NCBI GenBank assembly: GCA_963841495.1
Contig: CAWJDJ010000017.1
Coordinates: 248,896 to 312,895, forward strand
DNA from: an uncultured Verrucomicrobiae bacterium
GTDB taxonomy: Bacteria; Verrucomicrobiota; Verrucomicrobiia; Limisphaerales; CAIMTB01
Length of the DNA stretch: 64,000 bases
Reading direction: 5' to 3'
A program made the position numbers and the translations under genes. The notes under the pieces are model-generated. The model saw nothing but the letters and a program-made list of their open reading frames with translations. It did not search any database and had not been told where the DNA came from. This document shows positions 29,329-39,789 of this stretch, in pieces (positions within the stretch are counted from its first letter, which is position 1; each line of letters opens with the position of its first letter).

Positions 29329-31200
29329 ATGAATCCGTCGCCATCCGAGATCCCGCCGAACCGCCATATCCTGGTGGTCGACGATAACGTGGCGATTCAT
29401 GAGGATTTTAGGAAGATCCTCGCTCCCTACGTCACCGCCCTGGATCAGTCCATCAGCCAGCTCGAGAGCAACTTGTTCGGCGAACCCAGCGAAGACGACG
29501 ACGTTCGAAACCCGCCGAGCGTGTTCGAACTCGATTCCGCTTACCAGGGGGAGGAAGGGGTCGATCGCGTACGCACCTCGCTCGTGGCGGGAAGTCCTTA
29601 CGCCGTCGCCTTTGTGGATGTTCGCATGCCGCCCGGGATCGATGGGATTGAAACGATCGAACGCCTGTGGGCGACCGACAGCACGCTTCAGGTCGTCGTC
29701 TGCACCGCCTTCTCCGACTTCTCCTGGGACGAGATGACCCGCCGCCTTGGGCGATCCGACAACCTGCTGATCCTCAAGAAACCCTTCGACCTGGTCGAGG
29801 TGCTGCAACTGGCGCATGCCTTGACGGAAAAGTGGAGGCTGCACAGGGCGGCCCGCCTTCGCCTGGATCAGCTCGAGGCCCTCGTGGATGCGAGGACCGC
29901 CGAACTGACGGCGGAGAACGACAGGCGCCGGCAGACCGAAAAGGAACTGAAACGCGCCCGACTGGCGGCGGAGGCGGCTTCCCGCGCCAAGAGCGTCTTC
30001 CTTGCGAACATGAGCCACGAGATCCGAACGCCCATGAACGGGGTGGTCGGCATGTGTCAACTCCTCCTCCATTCCGATCTTACCGCGGCCCAACGCGATC
30101 TCGCCGAAACCCTCGCGTCCTCGAGCGAGGCGCTCCTGTCACTCCTCAATGACATCCTCGACGTCTCCAAGATCGAGGCGGGCAGACTTGAACTCGAAAA
30201 CACTTCCTTCTCCCTGGAGGACCTGGTCCATTCCACCATCCGGTTGTTCGGAGCCAAGGCCAGGGAGAAAGGGCTCGACCTCCGCGTCGATTTGAACTCC
30301 TCGGCCTGCGGCACGTTCATGGGCGATCCCGCCCGCCTCCGGCAGGTCCTCATGAACCTGATCAGCAACGCCATCAAGTTCACCCACCAGGGCGAAGTGG
30401 CCCTGCAAGTCCGCCGGGTGGGAGACGAAGGGTCGGTCGAGCGTCTCGAGTTCCTCTTTCGGGACACCGGCATCGGCATTGACAGCGCCGATCTAACGCG
30501 GCTTTTCAGTCCGTTCACCCAGGCGGACTCGTCGATCTCGCGACGTTTCGGAGGCACCGGGCTGGGCCTCACGATCTGCAAGCGCCTCGTCGAGCGCATG
30601 GGCGGTTCCATCGATGTCTCCAGCGCGGTGGGATCCGGCTCTGTCTTTACCGTTCAGATCCCTTTCCCCCGTTCCCAGCCTCCAACGGAAAACGGGGAGG
30701 TCACCCTCGTTTCCCCCGAAGCCGCCCATGGACGGGCGGCAGACTTCGTGACCCATGAGGCACCGTGTCGACGGGACACACAGGCGGCACTGACGTCCTC
30801 GCAATTCCCGCTCATGCGTGCCCTGGTGGCGGAGGACAATCCCGTCAATCAGAAGGTCGCCACATTATACCTGGAGCGACTGGGCTTCCAGGTCGACGTT
30901 TCCCGGGACGGGCATGAAGCAGTCCGCGCCGCCACCACGGATTCATACGATGTCGTCCTCATGGACTGTCAGATGCCGGGACTGAGCGGTCTGGATGCCA
31001 CGCGGAAGGTTCGTGAGCACGACGCCGGAACTGGTCGCCACCTGCCGATCATTGCGATGACCGCCGGGGCTGTCATGGGGGACCGTGAAAACTGCCTGGC
31101 GGCCGGAATGGACGATTACGTCGCCAAGCCTGTTCGCCTTTCAGACCTCGAGGCCGTCCTGCTGCGGCATCTTCCCCGGTTCCGATCGTCTGCGCGGTAA
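29329..31200 (+). CDS. Hybrid sensor histidine kinase (REC-HisKA-HATPase-REC)
   Basis: ILVVDDN..FVDVRMPPG; FLANMSHEIRTPMNG; NLISNAIKFT; DTGIG; GGTGLGL; LVAEDN...LMDCQMP...KP. Confidence 0.95.
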   Translation: MNPSPSEIPPNRHILVVDDNVAIHEDFRKILAPYVTALDQSISQLESNLFGEPSEDDDVRNPPSVFELDSAYQGEEGVDRVRTSLVAGSPYAVAFVDVRMPPGIDGIETIERLWATDSTLQVVVCTAFSDFSWDEMTRRLGRSDNLLILKKPFDLVEVLQLAHALTEKWRLHRAARLRLDQLEALVDARTAELTAENDRRRQTEKELKRARLAAEAASRAKSVFLANMSHEIRTPMNGVVGMCQLLLHSDLTAAQRDLAETLASSSEALLSLLNDILDVSKIEAGRLELENTSFSLEDLVHSTIRLFGAKAREKGLDLRVDLNSSACGTFMGDPARLRQVLMNLISNAIKFTHQGEVALQVRRVGDEGSVERLEFLFRDTGIGIDSADLTRLFSPFTQADSSISRRFGGTGLGLTICKRLVERMGGSIDVSSAVGSGSVFTVQIPFPRSQPPTENGEVTLVSPEAAHGRAADFVTHEAPCRRDTQAALTSSQFPLMRALVAEDNPVNQKVATLYLERLGFQVDVSRDGHEAVRAATTDSYDVVLMDCQMPGLSGLDATRKVREHDAGTGRHLPIIAMTAGAVMGDRENCLAAGMDDYVAKPVRLSDLEAVLLRHLPRFRSSAR

Positions 31201-31301
31201 CCCCGTGTGGAATCATCAGCCGTCTTCTTCTCCGGCGTGCAATGCCTCGCCGCCAGACGGTCCTTGTTGAGTTCAACACCTTTGTTATTCTCGACCCAGC
31301 C

Positions 31302-33587
31302 ATGGATGCCGCCGGATATCTTCCCGCCGAAAACCTTCACCTTCGCCATTGGTCCGTCCGCGCCTGCCTGCTCCTTGCGCTGAGCGCACCCGCGCACGCG
31401 GCCTATCAGGACATCATTCTGTCCGACAATCCTGTCGCCTATTACCGGCTGGAGGAATCGGCCGGTGAACCGACAGCGGCGGATTCCGGGGGCCGCCAAT
31501 TTGACGCAATCTACGTCTACAACGGGGATGCATCGTCTCCTGTTCCAGGCGCGCCGGGAATCGATACACTCGCGGCTTCTTTCCTTGGCGGCCCCGATCC
31601 CGGCGCCATCCGGATCCCATTTCAACCGGAGCTAAGTCCACTCGCGGACGATGGTGTGTCGGGAGCTCCGTTTTCAGCAGAATGCTGGGCCCAGCCCAGC
31701 TCCCATCCGGCGGCCGGAATCTACCGCGTGCCGTTGGCGATGTTCGGCCCCTACGGAAGCGGGCCGTACGCCAACGCGTCCGGGTGGAATTTCTACCAGT
31801 ACTCGCCGGATGGATCCGGAAGTTATTGGATTCTGAACATGCGCCCGCCTGTGTTTCTGCAGGTGCCTTCTGTTCCGATTGATCCCGCTCAGTGGTACCA
31901 CCTGGCAGTGACCTTCGACGGCGCCACTGCCCGGTTCTACGTCAATGGCGAGCCGCAAGGCGAAGCGGTCGCCACCGGCTATGTGGCTGATAACGGCGCT
32001 GACGGGCAGATTGGCGCCGGTCAGAACACCGGGCAGGCGCCTTTCGAGGGAAGCGTGGACGAAGTGGCGTTCTACACCCATGTGCTGTCCGATCCTCAAA
32101 TCCTGGGTCATTACCAGGCCGGCACGAATGCGCTGGAAACCGTTTCAGTTTCCCCGGAGATCACACAGCAGCCCGCGTCGACCACGAATTACTCGGGAAC
32201 GGCCGTATCATTCAGCGTCGTGGCCACGGGAACACCCCCTCTTCACTACCAGTGGCTTCGCGCTGGCAGCGCCATCCCTGAGGCCACCAACAACACGTAC
32301 TCCTTTGTGGCGACCTCTCCCAATGACGACGGCGCCCGGTTCTCCGTCGTCGTGACTAACGCGGTCGGAGACAAAACCAGCAGCGAGGCCACGCTCACGT
32401 TGCTGACGGACCTTCGAATCCTCGAGGCGCCCTACTCGATCAGCCGCACCGCCGGGAGCCACGCCGCGTTTCGGGTGGTCGCCGAAGGCGCCCAGCCCAT
32501 CCGTTACCAATGGTTTCAAGGTGATCAGATGATGCCAGGCGCCACCAACCAGACCCTCTGGCTGGCGGACATCGCCCAGTCCCTGGACGGCGCCCAATTC
32601 CGGGTCGAGGTCGCAAATCCATTCACATCCGTCACCAGCGAACCCGCCGTTCTCGGAGTCCAGCCGCGTTCGGTCGATGTGCCGGTCGCGGGCTATGCGC
32701 GGCTTGTCCTTGCGGACGATCCCGTCGCCTATTGGCGCCTGGACGAACCGGACGGGAGCACCACGGCCACCGATGCCGCCGGCAGTTTTGACGGCGAGTA
32801 CCAGCCGGGAGATGGCGCCCTCCAGTTCCAGGCCCCGGGAGGAGTGCCCGGGGATTCCGATGCCTCGGTCGCCCTCGGCGGCGGGGCCGTCATCACCGTT
32901 CCCTATGCGCTCGAGCTCAACCCGGTCGACGGGCCGTGGTCGGCCGAGGCGTGGGTGCAGCCCCGCTCCCTGGATCCCGGCCAGTTTCGAACGGTCTTTT
33001 CGTCGATGTGGAACAGCGACTTTGGCAATCATGTGTACGGATGGAATGTCTATCAGCATGTCGCCGGCGTCTGGACCCTCAATATCTTCAATGGCGGCGG
33101 CACGAGCACGTTTGTCAGCGACTTCGCTCACAATCCCATCGAGACAGATTCCTGGTATCACATGGTGATCACCGACGACGGCGCTGCGATTCGCTTTTAC
33201 GTCAATGGTGAGGAGGTCGGCTCGGCGCCCCAGACAGCCACCCGGTTCATGGCCAACGGACTCAACGGAGACCCGGAGGTCGCGGGAGGACCCACGGTCT
33301 TCGGTCAGCGGAGTGACAACGCCTTTGACCCGTTTGACGGGGCGATCGACGAGGTCGCATTCTACAACTACGCCCTGTCACCCTCTCAAATCGAGGTCCA
33401 CTTCCGGAATTCGGTTCGTGTCACGATTCAACGATCGGGAGACAGCCTGTCGATCAACTGGCCCTTTGGCACCATCGAACAGGCAGATGACCTGCTCGGA
33501 CCGTACGCGACCCTCCCCGATGCGACATCGCCCTTCTCAGTTAACCCGGTCAAGGCGCGACAGTTCTACCGTGTTCGCGCCGAATGA
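31302..33587 (+). CDS. Secreted LamG-Ig-Ig-LamG protein with C-terminal FYRV module
   Basis: DNPVAYYRLEE and DDPVAYWRLDE LamG starts, ITQQPAS...YQW Ig domains, ends ARQFYRVRAE. Start 31302 preferred over 31242. Confidence 0.85.
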   Translation: MDAAGYLPAENLHLRHWSVRACLLLALSAPAHAAYQDIILSDNPVAYYRLEESAGEPTAADSGGRQFDAIYVYNGDASSPVPGAPGIDTLAASFLGGPDPGAIRIPFQPELSPLADDGVSGAPFSAECWAQPSSHPAAGIYRVPLAMFGPYGSGPYANASGWNFYQYSPDGSGSYWILNMRPPVFLQVPSVPIDPAQWYHLAVTFDGATARFYVNGEPQGEAVATGYVADNGADGQIGAGQNTGQAPFEGSVDEVAFYTHVLSDPQILGHYQAGTNALETVSVSPEITQQPASTTNYSGTAVSFSVVATGTPPLHYQWLRAGSAIPEATNNTYSFVATSPNDDGARFSVVVTNAVGDKTSSEATLTLLTDLRILEAPYSISRTAGSHAAFRVVAEGAQPIRYQWFQGDQMMPGATNQTLWLADIAQSLDGAQFRVEVANPFTSVTSEPAVLGVQPRSVDVPVAGYARLVLADDPVAYWRLDEPDGSTTATDAAGSFDGEYQPGDGALQFQAPGGVPGDSDASVALGGGAVITVPYALELNPVDGPWSAEAWVQPRSLDPGQFRTVFSSMWNSDFGNHVYGWNVYQHVAGVWTLNIFNGGGTSTFVSDFAHNPIETDSWYHMVITDDGAAIRFYVNGEEVGSAPQTATRFMANGLNGDPEVAGGPTVFGQRSDNAFDPFDGAIDEVAFYNYALSPSQIEVHFRNSVRVTIQRSGDSLSINWPFGTIEQADDLLGPYATLPDATSPFSVNPVKARQFYRVRAE

Positions 33588-33758
33588 CGCGTCGTCTCCT
33601 GCAATTTCGCGAGCCATTGCGGGCCGTTCGGGCGCGTGTCGATAGGGGACAGGGGCGGCGGAAAGGCACACACCGGAATTCGCTTGCGGCCCACGCCAGG
33701 TTGACTCGGACAAATGTCTTAATTCCTCGCCGACCTCCGCCGATATGCTGTCGTAACG

Positions 33759-36700
33759 GTGGAATGCGACAAAGATCCAACCCCATGCAGGGTGGCTGAC
33801 CGCAATGCGAGGGCCGCGGGAATCCTCCTGCGGCCTGCAGGAGTTGCGGCACGGCGCCGACGGGCGTTGCGGCCGAGTCACCGTCGCTCGCGCCCCACAC
33901 TCGATCGCCTGGATTGGGCGCGGCGAATCATCTCCTGGCTGAACTGCGGCCTTTGGGCTTCAGGATCCTGGCGGAACAAATTCTCTCCCCGGTCCGCGTG
34001 CAGGGGTGTCCTGCTTTTGGCGACGCTGATGGTCGAAAGCGCCACGCTGGCCGAACCGCCGGCTGTCACCAACATCGCGCAATGGGTGGCCCTGCCCGTG
34101 GGCGAATCCGCGAAGGCCGTGGCCCTCCAGATCGACGCCACCGTCCTCTGCTATGATGCCGGCTGGGGCCAGTTCTACGTGAACGACGGCCGAGGCACGT
34201 TGTACCTCAGCCCCCAGACCTTTCACCGGGAACTCCAGCGCGGCCAGGTCGTTCGCATCATGGGCACCACAACCGCCCTCAACCAGGAGAAGGGGCTGAC
34301 CAATCTGACCCTTACCATCGTCGGATCCAGTCCCCTGCCGCCACCCAGGCGGCTTGCGGTCGCGGAACTCCACCGGCTCCGCGGCGATTGGGTCGAATGC
34401 GAAGGCCAGGTCCGGAGTGCGGATACAAGCCTCGGCCGTCTCGCCCTGATCATCAGGGACCGGGGCCAAAACTGCCTGGTGCATGTCATGGGACCCCCGC
34501 AGGCGCATGATATCGAGCGTCTGCTTTACGCGACGGTCCGGGTCCGCGGCATCAATGGGAGCACGGCCAGCAACGGCCACCTCGACTCAGCGCTCCTTTT
34601 CGCGCCCAGTCTCGAGGATGTTATCGTCCTGGAGCCCCCCGATCCTCAGATCCATAACGCCGCGGTGTTGTCCATAGGAAGCCTCCTCGATCGGGAGCTC
34701 GGACCGTGGACCAACCAGCCCGTCCGGATTCACGGTTCGGTGGTGTCCCACGTCCCGGGCAAATGGCTCACCGTCGAGGATCCGACGGGCATCATTCGGA
34801 CCCGGATAGTCCAGGCGAGTGAGATCCAGGCCGGCCACCGCGTCGACGTGCGGGGGTTCCTCGGATTCTCGGACGGCGAGGTCATTTTGGACGACGCCGT
34901 ATTTGAGCGTGAGAATCCCACGCAAGTAGTCCCCGCCGCGGGGAGGGCGTCCGACCCTTCCGCAACCGACGCGCCCCGAAGGGACGTCGTGCTGGCCACA
35001 TTTCCCGAGGTCCTCAAGCTCACCCGGGCCGAAGCCTCCCAGAATTATCTCGTCAGACTGCGGGGCGTCATCACCTATGCCGATGCCGAATGGCGCGTCG
35101 GCTTCATGCAGGCAGGCGACCAGGCCATCTTCATCGATCTTGGCGACAAAGATGTCCGCGCGGGCGACTGGGTCGAGGTCCAGGGAGAAACGGAATTCAG
35201 CGGATTCGCGCCCCAGGTCATCCATTCTTCGGTCCGCGCGCTGGGGACGACCAACCTTCCGGTGGCAATTCGCGTGGAACTCCAGGATCTTGCGAACGGA
35301 CACCTCGACGCTCATTGGATCGAGATGGAAGGAGTGGTCCGGCGGGTCAGTTCCCAATGGAACCGCGTCACCCTCGATGTTGAGACCGGCAAGGGCAAAT
35401 TCCAGGCCACGATACCTCACGTGGACGACGCCTCCACGCCGACGAATCTCGTGGACGCCGTCGTGCGTGTCCGCGGGGCGTGCAGTTCGCGCCTTAATGC
35501 CCGCGGACAATTGCGCGGCATCAGCCTCAATTCTCCGGGTCTCGAGTCGATCGAAATCCTCCAGCCGGTTCCGAATAATCCCTTTGCCGCGCCGCCCACG
35601 CCGATCGGCGCGGTGGCGACTTTTGATCCCGAGCGCACGGATGGCCGGCGCATCCGAATCGCGGGAACGGTCACCCTGGTGCTGCCGGGGCGGGGCTTCT
35701 ACCTGCAGGATGTCTCCGGGGGAATTCGGGTGATCACCGTCGACGGCAGTGCCGTGCAAGTCGGGGATCATGTCGATGTCCTCGGCTTTCCCTATTTGGG
35801 AGATTTCTCCCCTTACCTTCAGGAACCAACCCTTCGGGTGACGCAAAAAGGATCTCTTCCTCAGCCCCGAAGGACCACCGCATCCGCGATTCTCCTGGAG
35901 GGATCCCAGGATGGCCTCCGCGTTCAGTTGGAGGCCCACCTCCTCCAGGATGTCCCGCACTCCGCAAGTCCGCAGTTGCTCCTGCAGGACGGGCCCATCG
36001 TGTTCACCGCCCGACAGGAGAAGGCCGTCGGACCGTCGACGCTGTGCGCTCTCAAGGCCGGAAGCCGGGTGCGTATTACCGGCGTCTGTTCCGTCCAGGG
36101 CGGACCCGACCGGGAACCCAGGTCCTTTCGACTCCTCGTCGATTCTCCGTCCGACGTCACCTTGCTCACGGCCCCTCCCATCTGGACGGTCCAGCGCATC
36201 GTCTGGGTGTCCGTGGCTTTGATCGCGGTCCTGCTCCTGGCGCTGGCCTGGGTGGGTTCGCTCCGCCGCGAGGTCCATGCGCGAACCAGGCAACTCCGGG
36301 AAGAAAGCGACCGCCACCGGCAAACCGCCTCCCAACTGCAAGTGGAGATGCAGAAACGGGAGGAAATGGAGCGGGAGGTCGAGAAGAAGCATAAGGAATT
36401 GCTCGTGTCCTCCCGCCATGCCGGGATGGCCGAGGTCGCCACCGGCGTGTTGCACAACGTCGGCAATGTTCTCAACAGCGTCAACGTCTCGGCCAATCTC
36501 ATCATGGAACAGGCGCGCCGGATGCCCGTTGGGAATGTTGGAAGAGTGGCCGAACTCCTGCAACAGCAGGGAACGGAACTCGGCGTCTTCATGACGAAAG
36601 ACCCTCGTGGACGGCAGATCCCAGAGTACCTCGTCAAGCTCGACTCCCAACTCGACGGCCAGCGCCGCGCTGTCATCGATGAAATTCAGCAACTCCTCGG

Positions 36701-37262
36701 CAGGATCGACCACATCAAGGAAATCGTCGCCATGCAGCAGGATTTCGCAACCCATGCGGGTCTCAGCGAAAGGACCTCCGTCGCCGATCTGATCGATGAA
36801 GCCGTCCGAATGAACAACGCCTCTTTCCAGCGCTACGGGATCCAGGTGACTTCGCAGGTCGATCCCAAGCTCCCCGATGTCATCATCGATAAACACAAGG
36901 CCATGCAGATCCTCATCAATCTGCTCCGAAACGCGAAGCAGGCCTGCTCGGAGGCAGATCGCCAGGAAAAGTACATCCGCGTGTGTGCCTTCCCCAACGA
37001 TGGAGCCCTGCAGATCACGGTGTCGGACAATGGCGTGGGCATTGCTCCCGAAAACCTCACCCGGATCTTCGCCCACGGCTTCACCACCCGACAAAAGGGT
37101 CACGGATTCGGCCTGCACAGCTCGGCGCTGGCGGCTCGTGAAATGAGAGGCTCGCTGCGCGCTTCCAGCAACGGCCCTGGCGAGGGGGCCCTTTTCACCC
37201 TCCAACTGCCCCTGGAAGAGATCGCGACGCAGAAGGCTGCCGCAGTCGGTCAGACCGCGTGA
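33759..37262 (+). CDS. Membrane sensor histidine kinase with repeated OB-fold-like extracytoplasmic modules
   Basis: Repeated GDWVECEGQVR/HWIEMEGVVR and V.V.G modules, one TM helix (IVWVSVALIAVLLLALAWV), GMAEVATGVLHNVGN, NLLRNA, DNGVG, GFTT..GHGFGL. The true start is probably downstream (~33950-34030). Confidence 0.85.
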   Translation: MECDKDPTPCRVADRNARAAGILLRPAGVAARRRRALRPSHRRSRPTLDRLDWARRIISWLNCGLWASGSWRNKFSPRSACRGVLLLATLMVESATLAEPPAVTNIAQWVALPVGESAKAVALQIDATVLCYDAGWGQFYVNDGRGTLYLSPQTFHRELQRGQVVRIMGTTTALNQEKGLTNLTLTIVGSSPLPPPRRLAVAELHRLRGDWVECEGQVRSADTSLGRLALIIRDRGQNCLVHVMGPPQAHDIERLLYATVRVRGINGSTASNGHLDSALLFAPSLEDVIVLEPPDPQIHNAAVLSIGSLLDRELGPWTNQPVRIHGSVVSHVPGKWLTVEDPTGIIRTRIVQASEIQAGHRVDVRGFLGFSDGEVILDDAVFERENPTQVVPAAGRASDPSATDAPRRDVVLATFPEVLKLTRAEASQNYLVRLRGVITYADAEWRVGFMQAGDQAIFIDLGDKDVRAGDWVEVQGETEFSGFAPQVIHSSVRALGTTNLPVAIRVELQDLANGHLDAHWIEMEGVVRRVSSQWNRVTLDVETGKGKFQATIPHVDDASTPTNLVDAVVRVRGACSSRLNARGQLRGISLNSPGLESIEILQPVPNNPFAAPPTPIGAVATFDPERTDGRRIRIAGTVTLVLPGRGFYLQDVSGGIRVITVDGSAVQVGDHVDVLGFPYLGDFSPYLQEPTLRVTQKGSLPQPRRTTASAILLEGSQDGLRVQLEAHLLQDVPHSASPQLLLQDGPIVFTARQEKAVGPSTLCALKAGSRVRITGVCSVQGGPDREPRSFRLLVDSPSDVTLLTAPPIWTVQRIVWVSVALIAVLLLALAWVGSLRREVHARTRQLREESDRHRQTASQLQVEMQKREEMEREVEKKHKELLVSSRHAGMAEVATGVLHNVGNVLNSVNVSANLIMEQARRMPVGNVGRVAELLQQQGTELGVFMTKDPRGRQIPEYLVKLDSQLDGQRRAVIDEIQQLLGRIDHIKEIVAMQQDFATHAGLSERTSVADLIDEAVRMNNASFQRYGIQVTSQVDPKLPDVIIDKHKAMQILINLLRNAKQACSEADRQEKYIRVCAFPNDGALQITVSDNGVGIAPENLTRIFAHGFTTRQKGHGFGLHSSALAAREMRGSLRASSNGPGEGALFTLQLPLEEIATQKAAAVGQTA

Positions 37263-37295
37263 CGAAAGCGCCGGCCGGATCGAAGGCCCGGCCCT

Positions 37296-38582
37296 TCACT
37301 CCCCGCCAATGCACCAGAGCGCCTCGTGCGAGCGGATGAAGACCTCCCCGCCGGCAACGGCCATCGACGCGATGGTGGGTTCACCGATCGAATTCGTCGC
37401 CAGCATTTCGAATTTCGGATTCGCCCTGAGCACGAAGGCGTCGCCGCCCTGGTTGATCGCGTAGAGCCTGCCGTCTGCGACGACCATCGACGACCAGTTG
37501 TCCGACGTCGCCGCCGGCCCGCGGAGGCGCTCCTCCCAAAGCCCTTTGCCCGTCTCGAGTTCGACGCATTCCGCCACGCCGGGGTCATCCAGGACGTAAA
37601 TGAAGCCTTCGTGGATGACACCGGAGCCGATGCGCTGCCGGGTCCGATCCTGGTGCCATAGCCGGCGGGACAACGTCACATCGCCGGAGCCACCCGCCTT
37701 CACGGCGAGCGCCATGCCATTGAAGCCGCCCATCGTGACCACGATCCCCGTCGACGGATCGTACAGGGGCGAGGTGTAGACGAGCGGATTGAGCCCGGTA
37801 CAGCTCCACAACTCCCGCCCCGAGGCAGGCTCGAAGCCGAGCACGCGGTTGGGCCAGCTCAGAATCAATTCGTCCCGCCCGCCGGCTTGTATCCACAGGG
37901 GTGTGCTCCAGGATCCCGCCCAGACCGGCTTGTCCTCTCCCGGCTTCGTCTCGCCCGAGTTGGCGTTTGGCTCGGCCACACGCCAGACCTCCCTGCCCGT
38001 GTTCTTATCCAGTGCCAGAAGGAAGCTCGGTTCACCAGGTCCGAAATTGAGAAAACAAAGGTTTCCCTGTAGCACCGGAGAGGATCCCCAGCCCCAGATG
38101 TGTCGCTGCGGTCCCAGGTCACGGCGCCAAAGTTCCTTTCCCTCCAGGCCGTAGCAGACCACGCCCGCCGAACCGAACCATGCGACGACGCGCTCGCCAT
38201 CGGTGACCGGGGACGACGATCCCTGCGGATTTCTTTCATGTGTCGTCTCCGTGCCTGCGACGGTCCCCTCCCGCTGCCACAGCAGCGCGCCGGTCTTCCT
38301 GTCAAAGCACCACAAGCCCCGCTGCCTGCCGCCGTCGGTGGCCTGAGTGATGAAGACCCGGGTCCCCCAGACAATCGGGGTCGAATTGCCGGGCGCCGGC
38401 AGCGGCGCCCGCCATCGGACGTTCTCATGCTCTCCCCAGTGCAGCGGAAGGTGCGTTTCGTTGGCCACCCCGGTGCCCATCGGACCCCGCCACGCGGGCC
38501 AGTTCCCGGCCGGAGTCGGAATACCGGCCCACATGAATCCAAATACCGCTGGCAGCCACCGGCGCGGGAGTTTCGTGTACAT
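37296..38582 (-). CDS. PQQ-binding-like beta-propeller (BamB-like) protein
   Basis: NWPAWRGP.GTG...W....NVRWRAPLP.PGNSTPIVWG, SSPVTDGERV, WSTP, IRSHEALWCIG. Confidence 0.9.
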   Translation of the reverse strand: MYTKLPRRWLPAVFGFMWAGIPTPAGNWPAWRGPMGTGVANETHLPLHWGEHENVRWRAPLPAPGNSTPIVWGTRVFITQATDGGRQRGLWCFDRKTGALLWQREGTVAGTETTHERNPQGSSSPVTDGERVVAWFGSAGVVCYGLEGKELWRRDLGPQRHIWGWGSSPVLQGNLCFLNFGPGEPSFLLALDKNTGREVWRVAEPNANSGETKPGEDKPVWAGSWSTPLWIQAGGRDELILSWPNRVLGFEPASGRELWSCTGLNPLVYTSPLYDPSTGIVVTMGGFNGMALAVKAGGSGDVTLSRRLWHQDRTRQRIGSGVIHEGFIYVLDDPGVAECVELETGKGLWEERLRGPAATSDNWSSMVVADGRLYAINQGGDAFVLRANPKFEMLATNSIGEPTIASMAVAGGEVFIRSHEALWCIGGE

Positions 38583-38718
38583 GGTTCTCCAAAGGGGCGG
38601 GTCAATAGTATTGTAGTCTTCAGCGCCGGCAGCGCTCCGACGGGGGCCACCTTCACCGGTCGGACGGACCTCCATCCGCCGAACCGCCTCCGGTCCGCGG
38701 AGGCGGGAGTGGGTGCAT

Positions 38719-39612
38719 CTACTTCCGCAAAGATTGATACCAATCCAGGAACCGGCGATCCGTCCGAACCACGGCCTGCCGCACTTCCCGGAGGAGGCTC
38801 CGCCAATGCCGCGCCAGAATCCTCGGATGCTGGAGGCTCTGCAATCCGTACTTGCGGGTCGCTTGTGAAAGCTCCAGGTCGGCCGTGAGCACCGCCTCGT
38901 GTTTGTTGTCCGCCAGGGCGAGAACGGTTCCATCCGGGCCCACGATCTTCGAATCGCCGGCGGACCACAGGTCACCTCCCTGTGGACCCACGGTGTTGGT
39001 GAAGACATAGAAGACGGCGTTTTCAAAGGCGCGCACGGCGATTCCATCCCGACCGCCACGTTTGCCGCGCGAAACCGCCAATGCGTCCAACCCTGCGTTG
39101 GGATGAAAGATCACCTGCGCCCCCGCCATCACCGGCAGTCGGACGAGTTCCGGATATCGCCGTTCGTGGCAGACAATGGCCGTCGCCAGCACACCCTTGA
39201 TCGAGAACAGGGACAGGCTGTTGCCCGGCGTGAACCATTTGCGGTCAAAATCCGTCAACTGACACTTGGCATAGATGTGAACGAGATCGCCGGCTTTGTC
39301 GAAGACCACCAATCCGTTGAATCTCCGCCGCCCGGCGAACACGGGAGAACCGACCAGCAGATGGATTCCCAGTTGCGCCGCAAGTTGACCGACTTCCCTG
39401 AGAGCATCCCGGATCTCCGAGGGTCGAATCGCCTCGAAATCGCATGCGTACCCCGTGATCGCGCACTCCGGGAACAGGGCCGCATCGGCTCCCGCATCGC
39501 CCGCGCGCGCCGCGGCGCGGCTGATCTTCACCAGGTTCCCGCGGATCCCGTCCGCGGAGTTCATCTGCACAATCGCCACCCGCAACCTGCAGGTGGGGTC
39601 GATCAATGGCAT
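38719..39612 (-). CDS. Carbon-nitrogen hydrolase (nitrilase superfamily)
   Basis: Catalytic triad motifs LFPE, YAK, IVCHERRYPE. Confidence 0.92.
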   Translation of the reverse strand: MPLIDPTCRLRVAIVQMNSADGIRGNLVKISRAAARAGDAGADAALFPECAITGYACDFEAIRPSEIRDALREVGQLAAQLGIHLLVGSPVFAGRRRFNGLVVFDKAGDLVHIYAKCQLTDFDRKWFTPGNSLSLFSIKGVLATAIVCHERRYPELVRLPVMAGAQVIFHPNAGLDALAVSRGKRGGRDGIAVRAFENAVFYVFTNTVGPQGGDLWSAGDSKIVGPDGTVLALADNKHEAVLTADLELSQATRKYGLQSLQHPRILARHWRSLLREVRQAVVRTDRRFLDWYQSLRK

Positions 39613-39789
39613 TGCGGGATTCCCTTAGTGCCAACAAAACTCTCCAGGGACCCCACGCCCACTGCGGTTGCGCTTGCGCCAGTGCTTTTCGATTTCGCTT
39701 TCGGCACCGTGGCACCTGTTCCCATGGGCAGCCCACGGCATCTGACGGAATTCGGCGGTGACGTCGCGCCGGGTCTGGCCGGCCGGTGA

